A stretch of 64,000 nucleotides of DNA from Octopus sinensis (Eukaryota). The position numbers were made by a program, and so were the translations under genes. Shown here piece by piece: positions 61,870 to 64,000 of the stretch; position 1 is the first letter of the stretch; each line of letters opens with the position of its first letter. The stretch is from NCBI RefSeq assembly GCF_006345805.1, contig NC_042997.1:87978001-88042000 (forward strand). The letters are read 5' to 3'. Below the pieces are notes generated by a model. That model saw nothing but the letters and a program-made list of their open reading frames with translations. It was not told the DNA's origin and made no database searches.

Positions 61870-62035
61870 GCAATGCTCTATGCAAGTGAAATGTGGGTAA
61901 CAACAAAGAGGGAAGAACACAAGTTGATAATGGCACAAAGAGAGTCACAAATAGGTCAATGTTGGGAATCTCCTTGAGAGATTACATCTGAAATGAGCAG
62001 ATCAGGGAAAGAACTGGAGCGAATGTTTGTCAAAT
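61870..62035 (+). mobile_element. RTE LINE ORF C-terminal fragment (second RTE family)
   Basis: TKREEHKLIMAQR...SMLGISLRDYI*NEQIRERTG matches the RTE motif AQRAMERxMLGISLRDxIRNxxIRxRT. Confidence 0.7.
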
Positions 62036-62049
62036 GTTTGTGTGACTTA

Positions 62050-63010
62050 TTGATGTTATTTTAGTTGTTGTTTGTATTTTTGTGTAAGTATATTCATGTT
62101 TGAATTTAAGCATTGTTTGAATAAAGGTAAAGTAGGAAGACTTGGAATATTGGGAATTTATTTGTCATACAAAATTTTAGGCATGAAAAGTAATCCAAAA
62201 GTTAAAGTTGTCATGTTTTACTGAATGTGATTATTGAGAGTTGAAAATATTGAGGTTTTGTAAATTTAGTATATCCAGTGACTGAATGGATATGATTTGT
62301 ACGTAGGCATAAAATTTTGTTCTCCACTAAATTCATGCATTAGTGTGATGCAAAAATGTCATGACTGTTCCCAAAGTTAAAGTTGTTGGCTGTGTAAATT
62401 TAACATATCAAGTGGTAGAATGTATTTGTGCGAGTAGTTGTTGGTGAATATACTTTGTTAAACTTTATTCAGTCAAGGTTTCTATTTTATATGAATATGT
62501 TTTCTTTGTTTATTAGTGTTCAGTCAGTGGTATTGACTGAACAAAGATAAGGTGAGAAGACTTGAAATTTGGGGGACTTATTTTTTTGTACATATGTCTA
62601 TGTGCCCACTCACTAGAATCTGTCTAGTACTGGAGTCTTGTACTATTCCAATTGAAAGTAGTATGGGAACCGCCACAATTTCTGCTTGTTAGCTAGTGCC
62701 TTTGAAGGAATTGGAACTGGAGTCTTGTACTTGTTTAAGGTGAATAGTCAGTCTCCTGAGAGTAAACTTTGTTTGAGCTATCTAATCCTTGTTACATTCT
62801 TTACATTTACTAGCTTATATTAAAATTTTGATGAAAATTTTAAATGATTTTTTGTGGTAATTTTAAGTTTTAATCCTGATTTAATTTTAAATGTTTTGTC
62901 TTCAATAAGTTTGCAAGTTCTGCAATTAGCACAACCATAGTTTTTTGATGGATTTAGATTGTCTTTTGCTTTTGATTATTTTGTGTATTTTGAGTGCTTC
63001 TTTATCCTCC
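62050..63010 (-). mobile_element. Penelope-like element remnant: GIY-YIG endonuclease C-terminus with partial tandem duplication
   Basis: The minus strand gives GCANCRTCKLIEDKTFKIKSG (62860-62940), KCKECNKD*IAQTKFTLRRLTIHLKQV (62730-62810), STRQILVSGHIDIC (62590-62631) and PKFQVF...NKENIFI (62480-62580): the CxxC / CxxCxxxYIGQT / RxxxH / H / KE pattern. A second copy of the C-terminal segment is at 62060-62170. Confidence 0.75.
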
Positions 63011-63202
63011 ATGGCTGTATGGAGACTAACATGCTTTTATAATAGATATATGTAAAAAAAGAGGAGAGAGAAATTTTATCACATGATGAGCAACTGAGGC
63101 ATTTCTCTATGAACAGTGTATGTTCAAAGTTAATGGTTATGTTTTACAGTGTTCATATATGCAAACAGACTCACACACCTGTACTTCCCACACTCACACA
63201 TG

Positions 63203-63244
<42 letters not shown>

Positions 63245-64000
63245 CATTTCCACATATGTGTATCTCCTTTTTTCAGGTATTGTGTATCAAATGCAACTTT
63301 TTTAAGATTGTATTGGGAAATTTGAGAGAGAATTGTTTACTATTTCTAGCTAGTCAACTGCCTGCAGAAAGTCCTCTTCATTAGCTCGTTTTTGTTTTCC
63401 TGGTGTGAATATAATTAAAGATATCTTAATTAAAATTAATTTAATACTGAATGCAGTCATGAGTCAGACTGATCTTTAGACCTCATTAGCAAAACAAAGT
63501 CTGCTGTAACTGCCAGATCTTTGAATAATTAGGGGGATAAAGTTTCCAGCATGTGTACAAGAACACTAACAATCATAATGATGTAAAAGAATGATTGGAA
63601 AAATATCTCCAGAGACACTTGCTGCAATAAAACTCAATAGTAAAGTGAGCACTTACATACATGACTTAGTAAACTAAGGAAGTTTAATTCAATAAAACCA
63701 ATCTTTAGTGATAAGAACAAATTATTATCTAAATGACTAAATTTGATCAAAAAAGTTGAGATAACCACAGAAATTTTAATTAAAATTAATTGCTTATAGA
63801 AAGATGTGGAGAGTGAGTCTAATCTTTAGTTGTATAGTAATAACTTAGGATGTGTTAGAGCTCATAAGTTAAGTATAGCATAACTGTAATAAATGTGTGT
63901 GTGTGTGTCTTTTGCAAAGAAGTGCTTCCTGATACATCTTTATGCTAAAAGTCTATAGAGATGCTTCAAAATATCCAGTTTTGTTAGATGTGTGTGTATG

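Noticed and set aside
62517-62551. Strong acceptor and AAG|gtgaga donor around 35 nt
   Set aside because: All three frames contain stops, and it is antisense to the Penelope relic.

Overview
AT-rich, repeat-saturated eukaryotic DNA. The SINE, RTE and mariner families present point to an octopus (coleoid cephalopod) genome; this is recognition from memory, not a database result. There is no operon, CRISPR array, rRNA or genuine tRNA gene. The window looks mostly intronic. A + strand host gene is suggested by small exons with canonical splice sites whose phases chain locally (7320-7448 to 8521-8564; 38571-38617 to 42472-42565 to 44286-44319 to 44589-44609), but I cannot name the protein. The rest is mobile DNA and microsatellite: one full-length but decayed mariner (19189-20454), a deletion derivative of the same family (33372-34195), a third mariner relic, a hAT MITE, two fold-back elements, many tRNA-derived SINEs, and CR1, RTE, RTE-X-like, R4/Dong and Penelope-like (GIY-YIG) retroelement fragments. 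The most notable structures are three. (1) An inverted pair of Penelope-type repeats, each carrying a degenerate hammerhead-ribozyme core, with an R4/Dong LINE 3' end inserted in the (TAA)n of one arm (36841-37390). (2) A GC- and CpG-rich, barely decayed CR1 3' end (48843-49330) that is compositionally foreign to its surroundings. (3) A roughly 320-bp near-perfect hairpin (4418-4736). Most ORFs in the supplied track are microsatellite artefacts or antisense shadows. I found no convincing novel multi-gene system.
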